Source: a virus. Taken from it: 64,000 nucleotides of DNA. The stretch's first letter is position 1; each line of letters opens with the position of its first letter. The notes below the pieces were generated by a model. That model ran no database searches. It was given only the letters and a program-made list of their open reading frames with translations, and was not told the DNA's origin. Positions 1 to 8,239 of this stretch are shown piece by piece. Position numbers and translations under genes: made by a program. Location: the IMG/VR virus record IMGVR_UViG_3300031669_000002, positions 32,001-96,000 of that record; one strand, written 5' to 3'.

Positions 1-836
1 TCAACTACAGTCACGTTCCGTCTGTTGCTGCTGGCCGTTATCAGAAAGCATTTGGTCGTCACGATCAGATTGGATATTCTGCATACAAAACAAAGCTGGT
101 GACTGGTGAAGCAAAGATTAACGCATCTGCTGTTTATCCGTACAATGTTCTTCAGTCAGTTAAGAATGGAGACCAGATTGTCGCGAAAGCACAGTGGGAA
201 GCATTGCCAAACTACATCGGCGATGCACTTGTATTGCCAATGTGCGATGTTTCGGGAAGTATGAACCAGCCAGTTGGCGGAAATAAAAATCTAAGTTGTA
301 TGGATGTTTGTATCTCTCTTGGTTTGTACTTGGCAGACAAGAACACTGGACCGTTCAAGGATTGTTTCTTGACATTCAGCACTCACAGCAAGATTGAAGT
401 TTTGCGTGGTGACATTTTGTCTAAATACAATCAATTGTATCGCGCTCAGTGGGATATGAGCACAAACCTTCACGGCGCATTTGAAGAAGTTCTGCGTGTT
501 GGTAAAGCAAACAAAGTTGCCGACGCCGATATGCCAAAATATATTCTGATTATGTCAGATATGCAGTTCAATGCCTGCACTCGCAACGATGATTCTGCAA
601 TGGAAATGATTCGTCGCAAATATGAAGACTCTGGTTTCACACTTCCGAAGATTATCTTCTGGAACCTGAATGCACATATGGGTCAGAGCCCAGTAACGTT
701 TGATGAAAAGGGAACGGCGTTGATTTCTGGTTTCAGCCCTGCAATCATGCAGTCAGTGTTGAAGGCAGATGCGTTCAGCCCGTTAGACATTATGCTTGCG
801 ACCATCAACGTTCCACGCTATGAAGTAATTGTCTGA
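1..836 (+). CDS. DUF2828-like / TROVE-related VWA-domain protein, 5' partial
   Basis: Frame is open from base 3 (NYSHVPSVAAGRYQKAF...), so the gene starts upstream of the window. MIDAS-like DVSGSM, FLTFS, ILIMSDMQF and IIFWNL motifs. Confidence 0.75.
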   Translation, partial: NYSHVPSVAAGRYQKAFGRHDQIGYSAYKTKLVTGEAKINASAVYPYNVLQSVKNGDQIVAKAQWEALPNYIGDALVLPMCDVSGSMNQPVGGNKNLSCMDVCISLGLYLADKNTGPFKDCFLTFSTHSKIEVLRGDILSKYNQLYRAQWDMSTNLHGAFEEVLRVGKANKVADADMPKYILIMSDMQFNACTRNDDSAMEMIRRKYEDSGFTLPKIIFWNLNAHMGQSPVTFDEKGTALISGFSPAIMQSVLKADAFSPLDIMLATINVPRYEVIV

Positions 837-837
837 A

Positions 838-1008
838 ATGACAGAAAAAGTAAAACATAGTAAGGGTCTTATAGCAGTATCAATCATAATTTCCACGCTG
901 GCATTCGTATTTTTACCAGCGTGGATTGCTTGGTTACTGTTAGTTGCTCTTATTTTGTCTTATTATTTAACGATTTACGAGATTTTTGGACCGTTTGGTC
1001 CGCCGTAA
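838..1008 (+). CDS. small membrane protein (56 aa)
   Basis: Read by hand, below the ORF-track cutoff: MTEKVKHSKGLIAVSIIISTLAFVFLPAWIAWLLLVALILSYYLTIYEIFGPFGPP*. Long hydrophobic stretch; ATG 1 nt after the upstream stop. Confidence 0.55.
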   Translation: MTEKVKHSKGLIAVSIIISTLAFVFLPAWIAWLLLVALILSYYLTIYEIFGPFGPP

Positions 1009-1378
1009 ATTACCTCACCCTCATATAAACGCACAGTGCGATAAGATTTCATTGTACGCCCGAAGTGTTTCAACTTTGCGTGATATAGGAATGCCGTTAT
1101 CAGATATCGATGCACGATCTGCACGTTTAACTGACATGCCGTATCTTGCAATCAATGCAGACGCATATAATCTCAAAACAAAAAATCCATCTGATGCATA
1201 TATCGTTTTTTATCAGATGTGTCAGTCTGTTGGGTATGATCTCATGATTGAGACATTTGAAAAAGAAGAATATGCGCGTTCAGGCGTGGAGCCAAGAAAA
1301 ACTGTACCAACTCTGATTATGTCAACATCGCTAACATTCCCAAAGCATCATAAGAAACATACAGTTAAACAGCATTAA
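986..1378 (+). CDS. hypothetical protein
   Basis: 130-aa ORF with TTG start, co-directional with its neighbours. Confidence 0.5.
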   Translation: MDRLVRRKLPHPHINAQCDKISLYARSVSTLRDIGMPLSDIDARSARLTDMPYLAINADAYNLKTKNPSDAYIVFYQMCQSVGYDLMIETFEKEEYARSGVEPRKTVPTLIMSTSLTFPKHHKKHTVKQH

Positions 1379-1384
1379 ATCTTC

Positions 1385-1412
1385 TTGATATTCCGGTAAA
1401 AGAGTGTATAAT
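1385..1412 (+). promoter_or_regulatory. sigma70-like early promoter
   Basis: TTGATA-ttccggtaaaagagtg-TATAAT (16-nt spacer); GGAG RBS and ATG 1444 follow. Confidence 0.7.
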
Positions 1413-1443
1413 AGTCCTATAAGTTAATAATCGGAGTTTACAA

Positions 1444-1674
1444 ATGGACATCAACACTCTTCGCACAATGTTTCCCAAGACACGCAAGAATGCCGCAATT
1501 ACTGGAAACATCCCAGTGGCGTATTTCGAAGAAAACGAAAAAGAAATTCGTAAAGTCATTCGCGCAGAAGGATACAGAGTCATGTATCGCGGTCCTCGCG
1601 TAAGCAACAAACAATCTTCATTCTCAATGACTTGTCGTTGTGATGCAACGTCGGTCTTGCTGTATCGTAAATAA
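1444..1674 (+). CDS. hypothetical early protein
   Basis: 76-aa ORF with GGAG RBS, first gene after the promoter. Confidence 0.65.
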   Translation: MDINTLRTMFPKTRKNAAITGNIPVAYFEENEKEIRKVIRAEGYRVMYRGPRVSNKQSSFSMTCRCDATSVLLYRK

Positions 1675-1675
1675 T

Positions 1676-1873
1676 ATGGGAACAAACGGTCCAAAATATG
1701 ATGTAAAGGCTGACCTGGCAAAGAAATCTGTCTCTCAGTTGCAGAAAGAACTGTCTCGATTTGAAACTGGTTTATCAACCAACAGGCATCGTGGGCAGGT
1801 TGACTTTTACGTGAAGCACATTGCGCGGCTCAAACTTGAAATCGCAGAACGAATAGGAAAGAAACATTCTTAA
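1676..1873 (+). CDS. hypothetical early protein
   Basis: ATG 1676 lies directly after the previous stop, in frame with track ORF 1640..1873. Confidence 0.55.
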   Translation: MGTNGPKYDVKADLAKKSVSQLQKELSRFETGLSTNRHRGQVDFYVKHIARLKLEIAERIGKKHS

Positions 1874-1887
1874 TAAAGGAAAAACAC

Positions 1888-2091
1888 ATGGACCAAAATG
1901 AAAAACAACTTAGGAAGTTTCTTTTGCAATCACTGCGTGACAGCGGAGAACTAAATGACATGCCAGAAGAATTGCTCGAAGATCTGGTAGATCAAATAAT
2001 TGAAAGCGGCGCGATCAGCGTGGAAACGCCAGAACAAATAGCTCAACGCGAAACTGATGCACTGTTCGAGAGGTTAGGAGTAGGCAAATGA
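1888..2091 (+). CDS. hypothetical early protein
   Basis: AAGGA RBS; 67-aa acidic ORF. Confidence 0.6.
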   Translation: MDQNEKQLRKFLLQSLRDSGELNDMPEELLEDLVDQIIESGAISVETPEQIAQRETDALFERLGVGK

Positions 2092-2375
2092 AAATCATAG
2101 CAAAGACCGACGGCGGATACTTGCTTGATGTGGGCAATCGAGAACTCGCAAACTTGTTGGGGTTTACCTACGAGCATCAAATTCCAAAAGATGTAGCTAT
2201 CGGATCTACGTTAGACATTGTTAAGGCATCGGATGCAGCACAGTTTCTTCGATCACTTGATCTAGAAAAAATAAAACGAATCAAAGAGCAATTTATTTCG
2301 ATTTCCGAGCAGTTCGACGAAATGTCTGATGTTGTTCAAAGTTTGACATTGCTCGACACAATAAAGAACGTATAA
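2088..2375 (+). CDS. hypothetical early protein
   Basis: ATGA overlap with the previous gene; AGGAG RBS. Confidence 0.65.
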   Translation: MKIIAKTDGGYLLDVGNRELANLLGFTYEHQIPKDVAIGSTLDIVKASDAAQFLRSLDLEKIKRIKEQFISISEQFDEMSDVVQSLTLLDTIKNV

Positions 2376-2608
2376 TGCCTACATATAATTGCTTTGGCGA
2401 AAAATATTCTGGCAATAGCTGGCTTGATTTTTATTACAGTGCAGATGCCAAACTGATTCAATCTCTTCGAGAAACACACTTGTCTGAGGGCGGTGATCCA
2501 ATAGATTTTCCAAAATATTTAGAAGAAGCAGGCGTTAAAGCTATCGGCCCGTATATTGTGGTGGATGATGAGTTCGCATTAATGGCGAAATTAAAATTTA
2601 CAAAATAA
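2375..2608 (+). CDS. hypothetical early protein
   Basis: TAATG stop/start overlap. Confidence 0.6.
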   Translation: MPTYNCFGEKYSGNSWLDFYYSADAKLIQSLRETHLSEGGDPIDFPKYLEEAGVKAIGPYIVVDDEFALMAKLKFTK

Positions 2609-2624
2609 ACGGTTGAAAGAGTAG

Positions 2625-2653
2625 TTGATTTTGTAGTAAAAGTATGTAATAAT
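2625..2653 (+). promoter_or_regulatory. variant sigma70-like early promoter for the pspA operon
   Basis: gtagTTGATT-ttgtagtaaaagtatg-TAATAATAG resembles the other early promoters in flanks and spacer. Confidence 0.5.
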
Positions 2654-2699
2654 AGGTCTTGTAGTATGTCTAAACAATAATTTATCTAAGGAGAAGTAT

Positions 2700-3371
2700 A
2701 TGTCATCGAAATTTTTTCACACTTTGATTCAACAGGTTACTGGTCGTGCAAATGACGCACTTGACGCCGCATCAAGTAGTTCGGTGGCAGTTCGCCAATC
2801 CGTTCGCGACATGCAAGCAGACATTGAAAAGGCCACTGCCGCAGTTGCTGATGTCAATGCACAAAAAACACTCATCGCAAATCGCATTACAGATGCAAAA
2901 ACCGCCGCTGCTGACTGGGGCAATCGCGCTCAACGTGCGGTTACACTCGGCGACGACTCACTTGCTTCGGCCGCACTGGAACAGCAAGTAGCCGAAGAAG
3001 CCCGTATCAAAAAATATCAAGCTCAACTCGACGAGCTTACACCTCAAGCTGACAAGCTTAATCAACTGCTCGCAGATCGTAAAGAGCAACTCGAAAACGC
3101 AAAGATCGAAAGCGACGTAGTTCAAGCCAATGATGTGGTTGCTGATGCAACTATGTCCGCAGCAAAAGCACTTAGCTCCGTCGGCAGTGTTGGTTCCTTC
3201 CAGGGCGCCAAAGATGCAGTCGCCAAAAAATCAGCGCAAGCAAATGCACTGCTTGAATTGAACGAAGATCCAGCAGCCGCAACAGATCGCAAGTTGCGCG
3301 AAATGGAAACAAATGGCAATGTTGCCGACCGCCTTGCAGCACTGAAGGCCGGAATGAAAACTCCTGCTTAA
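2700..3371 (+). CDS. pspA: PspA/IM30 (ESCRT-III-like) family protein
   Basis: 223-aa helical protein with the PspA pattern (..VRQSVRDMQADI..AVADV..W..RA..AV..G...LA..AL); AAGGAG RBS. Confidence 0.85.
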   Translation: MSSKFFHTLIQQVTGRANDALDAASSSSVAVRQSVRDMQADIEKATAAVADVNAQKTLIANRITDAKTAAADWGNRAQRAVTLGDDSLASAALEQQVAEEARIKKYQAQLDELTPQADKLNQLLADRKEQLENAKIESDVVQANDVVADATMSAAKALSSVGSVGSFQGAKDAVAKKSAQANALLELNEDPAAATDRKLREMETNGNVADRLAALKAGMKTPA

Positions 3372-3398
3372 TCAGCAGACTTCACAAAAGGAAAAAAC

Positions 3399-4571
3399 AT
3401 GAAATATATTAAGATTCTTCTGTTGTCTCTTATGCTGTTTTCTGCAAATGCGTTCGCACTCAGTTCGCCTTCGCAAATTGCAGCAATGATGGACTCGGGT
3501 AATTTGCGCGGGGCGGAAAGCGCACTGAACGATGTTCTCCATGCAGGAAAGAATACTGCTAAAGTTCATTACATGCTGGCGCAAGTTTATCTCAAAGAAG
3601 GTCGTTTGCCAAACGCTCGATCTGAACTTGCTCGCGCAAATCAAATGGATCCAGAGCATTCCTATACCGACAACGCACATTACCGACCAATTGCTGATGC
3701 GATTGCAGGGCGCGTGGTTAATACTTCTGGAGGCCCCACAACTATTATCAACAAATCGTCTGATAACTCTTTCTTGAAAGTGCTCGCCGGTATTCTGTTG
3801 CTTGGATTGCTTGGTTGGGGAATTGTTGCGACAATCATGTTTTATCGCAATAAGAAGCGGGCGGCGGCAGAACTAAGTGAGGCCGACACAGATCTTCGTT
3901 CGAGTGCGGCGCAGTTAGTCCAGGATATTCAGAAAGCAATTTTGTCTGAAAAGACTTCAGTAAATCCGTCTGTCGAAAAAATGACTGCTATCAATGCAGT
4001 GAATTTCAGGGCATTGAATGTTTATGACCGTGCCAAGAGTCTTACATCAACTGACATTAGGGATTTCAATCGCATGTCAAATGAAGTAGCCGATATTCGC
4101 CAAGCTCTTAATGAAGTGCTCGACGCTGATTATAGCGGTGTGGCATCGACTGTGAAAGTCACAAAGACTCGTAAATCAACTGTCGCCGTCGAAGATTTGA
4201 CACCGGCTCCGGCATCAGGAGCAGCATTTCCCCCAGCAAGTGCGGCACCAGTAATTACGCAAGCGGCACCGCAACCACAAACAGTAATCGTCAATAACAA
4301 CGGCGGAATGACAATGACCGATGTTCTTGTGGCCGACATGCTGCTCCTGATGCCGGAACCAGAAGTAGTCACGCCAGATAGCGGCAACAATGATTCGTGG
4401 TTTTCTCCTGACACTGATAGCGGAAACAACGACAGCTTCTCGTCCTCAAGTAGCGACAGCGGCAACAACGATGATTGGTCGTCTTCGAGCAGCGACGACA
4501 GCAGTTCGTCGTCAAGTGATTGGAGTTCGTCAGATAGCAGCTCTGACAGCGGATCAGACGATAGCTGGTAA
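3399..4571 (+). CDS. exported TPR-containing membrane protein with Ser/Asp-rich tail
   Basis: Signal peptide ending AFA; TPR-like AKVHYMLAQVYLKEGRLPNARSELARANQMDP; transmembrane segment FLKVLAGILLLGLLGWGIVATIMF; low-complexity S/D C-terminus. Confidence 0.75.
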   Translation: MKYIKILLLSLMLFSANAFALSSPSQIAAMMDSGNLRGAESALNDVLHAGKNTAKVHYMLAQVYLKEGRLPNARSELARANQMDPEHSYTDNAHYRPIADAIAGRVVNTSGGPTTIINKSSDNSFLKVLAGILLLGLLGWGIVATIMFYRNKKRAAAELSEADTDLRSSAAQLVQDIQKAILSEKTSVNPSVEKMTAINAVNFRALNVYDRAKSLTSTDIRDFNRMSNEVADIRQALNEVLDADYSGVASTVKVTKTRKSTVAVEDLTPAPASGAAFPPASAAPVITQAAPQPQTVIVNNNGGMTMTDVLVADMLLLMPEPEVVTPDSGNNDSWFSPDTDSGNNDSFSSSSSDSGNNDDWSSSSSDDSSSSSSDWSSSDSSSDSGSDDSW

Positions 4572-4592
4572 TATATCAGAAGTAACTTATTG

Positions 4593-4625
4593 AAAATAAG
4601 GGCATTTTATGCCCTTATTTTTTGC
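4593..4625 (+). terminator. intrinsic terminator (potentially bidirectional)
   Basis: Perfect 13-bp stem aaaataagggcat-ttt-atgcccttatttt followed by a T-run. Confidence 0.75.
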
Positions 4626-4653
4626 TTGACATTTCGGTAAAATCGTGTATAAT
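4626..4653 (+). promoter_or_regulatory. sigma70-like early promoter
   Basis: TTGACA-tttcggtaaaatcgtg-TATAAT (16-nt spacer). Confidence 0.8.
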
Positions 4654-4678
4654 AGACATATCATAATGAAAGATATAA

Positions 4679-4936
4679 ATGCCACAAATTGAAATAATAA
4701 TCCCAAAAGATCAATTGATTCACGGTGCCTATTACAACGGTGATTGCAGAAATTCCGGTATTGCTCGGTGGAATGCAAATGATCAACTATTTTACTACTG
4801 GCGAGAAAAGTTTGGAACAAAGTTTATTGAAACTATTTGTTGTCCAGAAGATGATGCAGTATATGACGTCTTTGTTGCTGAAACATTAGCGGATGATGTC
4901 ACTACAATAATTCCGTTTTCAGGAGAACAAGTTTGA
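4679..4936 (+). CDS. hypothetical early protein
   Basis: 85-aa ORF after the promoter. Confidence 0.6.
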   Translation: MPQIEIIIPKDQLIHGAYYNGDCRNSGIARWNANDQLFYYWREKFGTKFIETICCPEDDAVYDVFVAETLADDVTTIIPFSGEQV

Positions 4937-5169
4937 AGAAAACAGATAAGCACGGAAACATGAAATATAAAGTAACTGTGCCGATGCCTGTGAGTAGAAA
5001 TGGTGTACGGAGCGGACTGCCCAGACATGAGTGGGTTAAAGAAAATATTGGCAAAGAACATGATACCTGGGAAGTTATGGGTGGGGATGCCGATTTTTTA
5101 ATTTATTCATTTGACCAAGCAGAGAATGCTACACTTTTTTCATTGCGATGGGCAGGAGTCGATCTGTGA
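4933..5169 (+). CDS. hypothetical early protein
   Basis: TTGA overlap; AGGAG RBS; C-terminal ..ATLFSLRW motif typical of small phage ORFs. Confidence 0.6.
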   Translation: MKKTDKHGNMKYKVTVPMPVSRNGVRSGLPRHEWVKENIGKEHDTWEVMGGDADFLIYSFDQAENATLFSLRWAGVDL

Positions 5170-5507
5170 AAACAGCAATAGAAGTCGGTGAGCAAAACGA
5201 GAGGAACATTTACGCGATGAATAGACATTATATGGATGCTCGGATAGAAATGAACAGGGCGATTGAAGAATTTGTTCGTATTGCTCGATCAATGTCTTTT
5301 TCTGAATATAGCATCGCAGCAAGTATTTCGGATTCTGTTTTTGACATTGACAAGGAATTGTACGCCTACATGCAACGCGAACTATTACCAATGGTTGAGT
5401 CGTTTCGTGGGACTAAAGCAGTTGATATCAAACAAATTGAAAAAGATTGGGACGCAATTCTTCTTGCGTGGGATAAAAGAAAAATGTGGGAGGTTCTGGG
5501 ATCATGA
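5166..5507 (+). CDS. hypothetical early protein
   Basis: GTGA overlap; AGGAG RBS upstream of GTG 5166. Confidence 0.6.
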   Translation: MKTAIEVGEQNERNIYAMNRHYMDARIEMNRAIEEFVRIARSMSFSEYSIAASISDSVFDIDKELYAYMQRELLPMVESFRGTKAVDIKQIEKDWDAILLAWDKRKMWEVLGS

Positions 5508-6544
5508 GTAGAAAACTGGCGAGAATACAAAAAATTTTAGACATACAACCCATTACTGGCGCCGATGCAATTGACGTCGCAACTATTAATTCGTGGAGAG
5601 TCGTCGTAAAGAAAAACGAATTCAAAGTCGGAGAACTCGTAATTTACTTTGAAGTTGACTCTTGGATACCAACTGTTCTTGCGCCGTTTCTTACAAAGGG
5701 TGGTGCTGAGCCGAGAGAATATGACGGTGTAAAAGGAGAAAGACTTCGCACAGTAAAACTTAGAGGACAATTATCACAGGGACTTGTGTTGCCTACATCT
5801 TTCGTTACTGGCGAAGATACGAGTGCATATGAATTATCTGAGGGACAAGATGTGACGGCGAATCTCGGCGTTCTGAAATATGAACCGCCTGTCCCTGCTG
5901 AGTTGGCTGGGGTAGTTAAAGGTCAGTGGCCGAGCTCAATCCCGAAGACCGATGAAGAGCGTGTCCAAAATCTAACAAACGAGTGGCCAGCACTGCATAA
6001 ACTCCGTTATGAAATAACTGAAAAGTTAGAGGGTGCGAGTATGACAGTCGCACGAGTTGATCGCGAATTCTTGGTGTGCAGTCGAAATCTGAATTTAGCA
6101 GAAACTGAAGGCAACACATTGTGGAAACTTGCTCGTCGATACGAAATTGAATCCAGATTGGAACTTGCTTCTCTGGATAATCTTGCTATTCAGGGTGAAT
6201 GCATCGGCGAAGGAATTGAGGGCAATCACTACGGAATAAAAGGACAAGACTTTTATGTTTACACCATTTACGATATTGTTCAGGGCCGGTATTTGAATCC
6301 AAATGAACGAAATAATATTTGTTATAGCCTTGGGTTGCAGCATGTTCCTGTAATCGCACATACTGCTAACCTATATAATACACTCGGGATTTCTACAATT
6401 GATCAACTGTTGTTATTTGCCGATAATAAATCTGCTCTCAACCCAAATAAACTGCGTGAAGGTATTGTCCTTAAACAAGTTGACGGGCAAACGCACTTCA
6501 AAGCAGTATCAAATTCTTATCTCTTAAAACACGGATCGCGATAA
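5504..6544 (+). CDS. ATP-dependent RNA ligase, DRB0094-like (N-terminal OB/tRNA-binding-like domain plus Rnl2-type nucleotidyltransferase)
   Basis: N-terminus RKLARIQKILDIQPITGADAIDVA..WRVVVKKNEFKVGELVIYFEVDSWIP; motif I TEKLEGAS; IQGECIG; REGIVLK; FKAVSNSYL. Confidence 0.85.
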   Translation: MSRKLARIQKILDIQPITGADAIDVATINSWRVVVKKNEFKVGELVIYFEVDSWIPTVLAPFLTKGGAEPREYDGVKGERLRTVKLRGQLSQGLVLPTSFVTGEDTSAYELSEGQDVTANLGVLKYEPPVPAELAGVVKGQWPSSIPKTDEERVQNLTNEWPALHKLRYEITEKLEGASMTVARVDREFLVCSRNLNLAETEGNTLWKLARRYEIESRLELASLDNLAIQGECIGEGIEGNHYGIKGQDFYVYTIYDIVQGRYLNPNERNNICYSLGLQHVPVIAHTANLYNTLGISTIDQLLLFADNKSALNPNKLREGIVLKQVDGQTHFKAVSNSYLLKHGSR

Positions 6545-7126
6545 ATGAAAGTCACTTACTATCAAATTCTTAAAATTGACCTGACTGCGACGCCAGATGA
6601 AATTAAAAAGGCATATCGCAAGCAGTCTGCAAAATACCATCCCGACAGAAACAAAGATCCAAATGCCACTTTGTTTATGCAAGCGGTAAATGAGGCTTAC
6701 GCTTGTTTGTCTGATGTTGATAAGCGACAATCATACGATTATACTTTGCGAACAAAACAAACAACAGCACAACCGTCGCCAAAGCCGACATACAAAGATC
6801 CGTATGAAGCATACGATAGAGAATGGTGGGACGAAGATTATCGCCGCCAAAGAGGGACTTACGGAAACGCATATGACAGAATGAAAGAAGAAGTTCGCGA
6901 CGAAGAGGATCGTCTTTGGCGTGATCTTGAAAGAATGAAAGAAGAAATTCGCGCTATGAAAGCGCAGGCCGACTTCTTAGCCGCGTCTCGTGACAGCAAA
7001 ACAAAGCAATCCAATTATTGGGGTGATAAAGCAACAGATGATTATGCCAGCCGTTGGTATAGCGATACTGTTGAGCCAAAACAAACAGCATCAGATAAAT
7101 TCTTTAAGTTCTTCAGCAAGAAATGA
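6545..7126 (+). CDS. DnaJ-domain (J-domain) protein
   Basis: TYYQILKI..ATPDEIKKAYRK..AKYHPDRN....FMQAVNEAYACLSD..KRQSYD; intact HPD motif. Confidence 0.9.
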   Translation: MKVTYYQILKIDLTATPDEIKKAYRKQSAKYHPDRNKDPNATLFMQAVNEAYACLSDVDKRQSYDYTLRTKQTTAQPSPKPTYKDPYEAYDREWWDEDYRRQRGTYGNAYDRMKEEVRDEEDRLWRDLERMKEEIRAMKAQADFLAASRDSKTKQSNYWGDKATDDYASRWYSDTVEPKQTASDKFFKFFSKK

Positions 7127-7428
7127 GCAAACTCTATAAAATCAGAGACAAAGATAGTGGCCTGTTTAGCAGTGGATCGATCAATCGTATTGCTTCGAAA
7201 AATAAAAACAAAGTAGTAATTGTTCGTTGGTCATCCAAAAAAAGCAAGCAATGGACGGACGAGAAGCTCCTTAAAAAACATTTACTTGAGTGCTGCAAGT
7301 TAGGCGGAATCCCGTCAAACTGGGAAATAATGGAATACACACAAGAACCGTCCAAAGAAATACACGAGTGGATCAATGAGCAAATGCTTATGGCAATTTT
7401 AAAGTCAGAACACAAAAATGAAAAGTAG
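7123..7428 (+). CDS. hypothetical protein
   Basis: ATGA overlap; 101 aa. Confidence 0.65.
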   Translation: MSKLYKIRDKDSGLFSSGSINRIASKNKNKVVIVRWSSKKSKQWTDEKLLKKHLLECCKLGGIPSNWEIMEYTQEPSKEIHEWINEQMLMAILKSEHKNEK

Positions 7429-7501
7429 AAAAGAAACGAAATTTCTTAAACTGGCCTCGATAAGTAGTTGATTCTCAAAAGAAACAAAATGCAAATTTCT
7501 C

Positions 7502-7529
7502 TTGACTTTTCGGTAAAATAATGTATAAT
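7502..7529 (+). promoter_or_regulatory. sigma70-like early promoter
   Basis: TTGACT-tttcggtaaaataatg-TATAAT (16-nt spacer). Confidence 0.8.
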
Positions 7530-7589
7530 AGTATTTCGTTAGTTAAGAACACAGACACTTTTTATAACTTAAATGGAGATTCAAACAAA

Positions 7590-8078
7590 ATGACAAAGCC
7601 GCTGAATGCCTCACAAAAACTGAACAACAAAATCAAAGTCGAAAAAGCCAAACTGACCGCACTGCAAGAAGCTGCAAAGATTGCCCGCGCCGCTGAAAAA
7701 GCCGACAAAGACGCTGTCAAAGCCGAAAACAAAGTTGCTCGCGACGCAAAGAAAGCTGAACGCGATGCCGCAAAGGTTGTTCGCGATGCTGCAACTGCTG
7801 AACGAAAAGCCGCTGCCGCAACAAAGAACGCCGAAAAATCCGCCGCTAAAGCTGAACGCGATGCCGCAAAAGTTGTTCGCGAAGCTGCTCGTGCAGAAAA
7901 AGTTGCCGCAAACCTGGTCAAAGCCGAAGCTCGTGTGCTCGCGCTGAAAGAAAAAGAAGCTGCTCGCGCCGCAAAGATCGAAGCCAAAGCAAACAGCCTG
8001 AAAGAAATGCGTAAAGCCCAACAACGCCCAAGCAAAGTCGTTATCACACGGCCGGCGACGGAAGAAGTTGCAGCCTAA
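7590..8078 (+). CDS. Ala/Lys-rich repetitive helical protein (histone H1/AlgP/TolA-like composition)
   Basis: ATG 7590 follows a GGAG RBS (the track start at 7521 lies inside the promoter); internal repeat KAERDAAKVVR(D/E)AA twice. Confidence 0.75.
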   Translation: MTKPLNASQKLNNKIKVEKAKLTALQEAAKIARAAEKADKDAVKAENKVARDAKKAERDAAKVVRDAATAERKAAAATKNAEKSAAKAERDAAKVVREAARAEKVAANLVKAEARVLALKEKEAARAAKIEAKANSLKEMRKAQQRPSKVVITRPATEEVAA

Positions 8079-8081
8079 TCA

Positions 8082-8126
8082 AATCAGTGACTTAGCAGAA
8101 AGTAACGATTTGTTAAGTCACTGTTT
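8082..8126 (+). terminator. inverted repeat / probable terminator
   Basis: cagtgacttagca...tgttaagtcactg followed by tttt, directly after stop 8078. Confidence 0.5.
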
Positions 8127-8154
8127 TCAATACAAAAGAAAAACAAAATAGTAG

Positions 8155-8182
8155 TTGACTTTTAGCGCCAAGACTGTATAAT
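8155..8182 (+). promoter_or_regulatory. sigma70-like early promoter
   Basis: TTGACT-tttagcgccaagactg-TATAAT (16-nt spacer). Confidence 0.8.
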
Positions 8183-8239
8183 AGTTTCATAAGTGCAACA
8201 AACATCCAAATTTCAATAACCCTTAAAAAGGAGCAGCAA

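Noticed and set aside
4377-4570. GATAGCGGCAACAA-type repeats as a possible array
   Set aside because: In-frame coding repeats of the Ser/Asp-rich tail (DSGNND) with irregular spacing.
7521-7589. Track start codons at 7521, 23341, 26378, 43616 and 47541
   Set aside because: These extensions run through promoters or leader hairpins; downstream ATGs with RBS or promoter context (7590, 23365, 26339, 43682, 47484) fit better.
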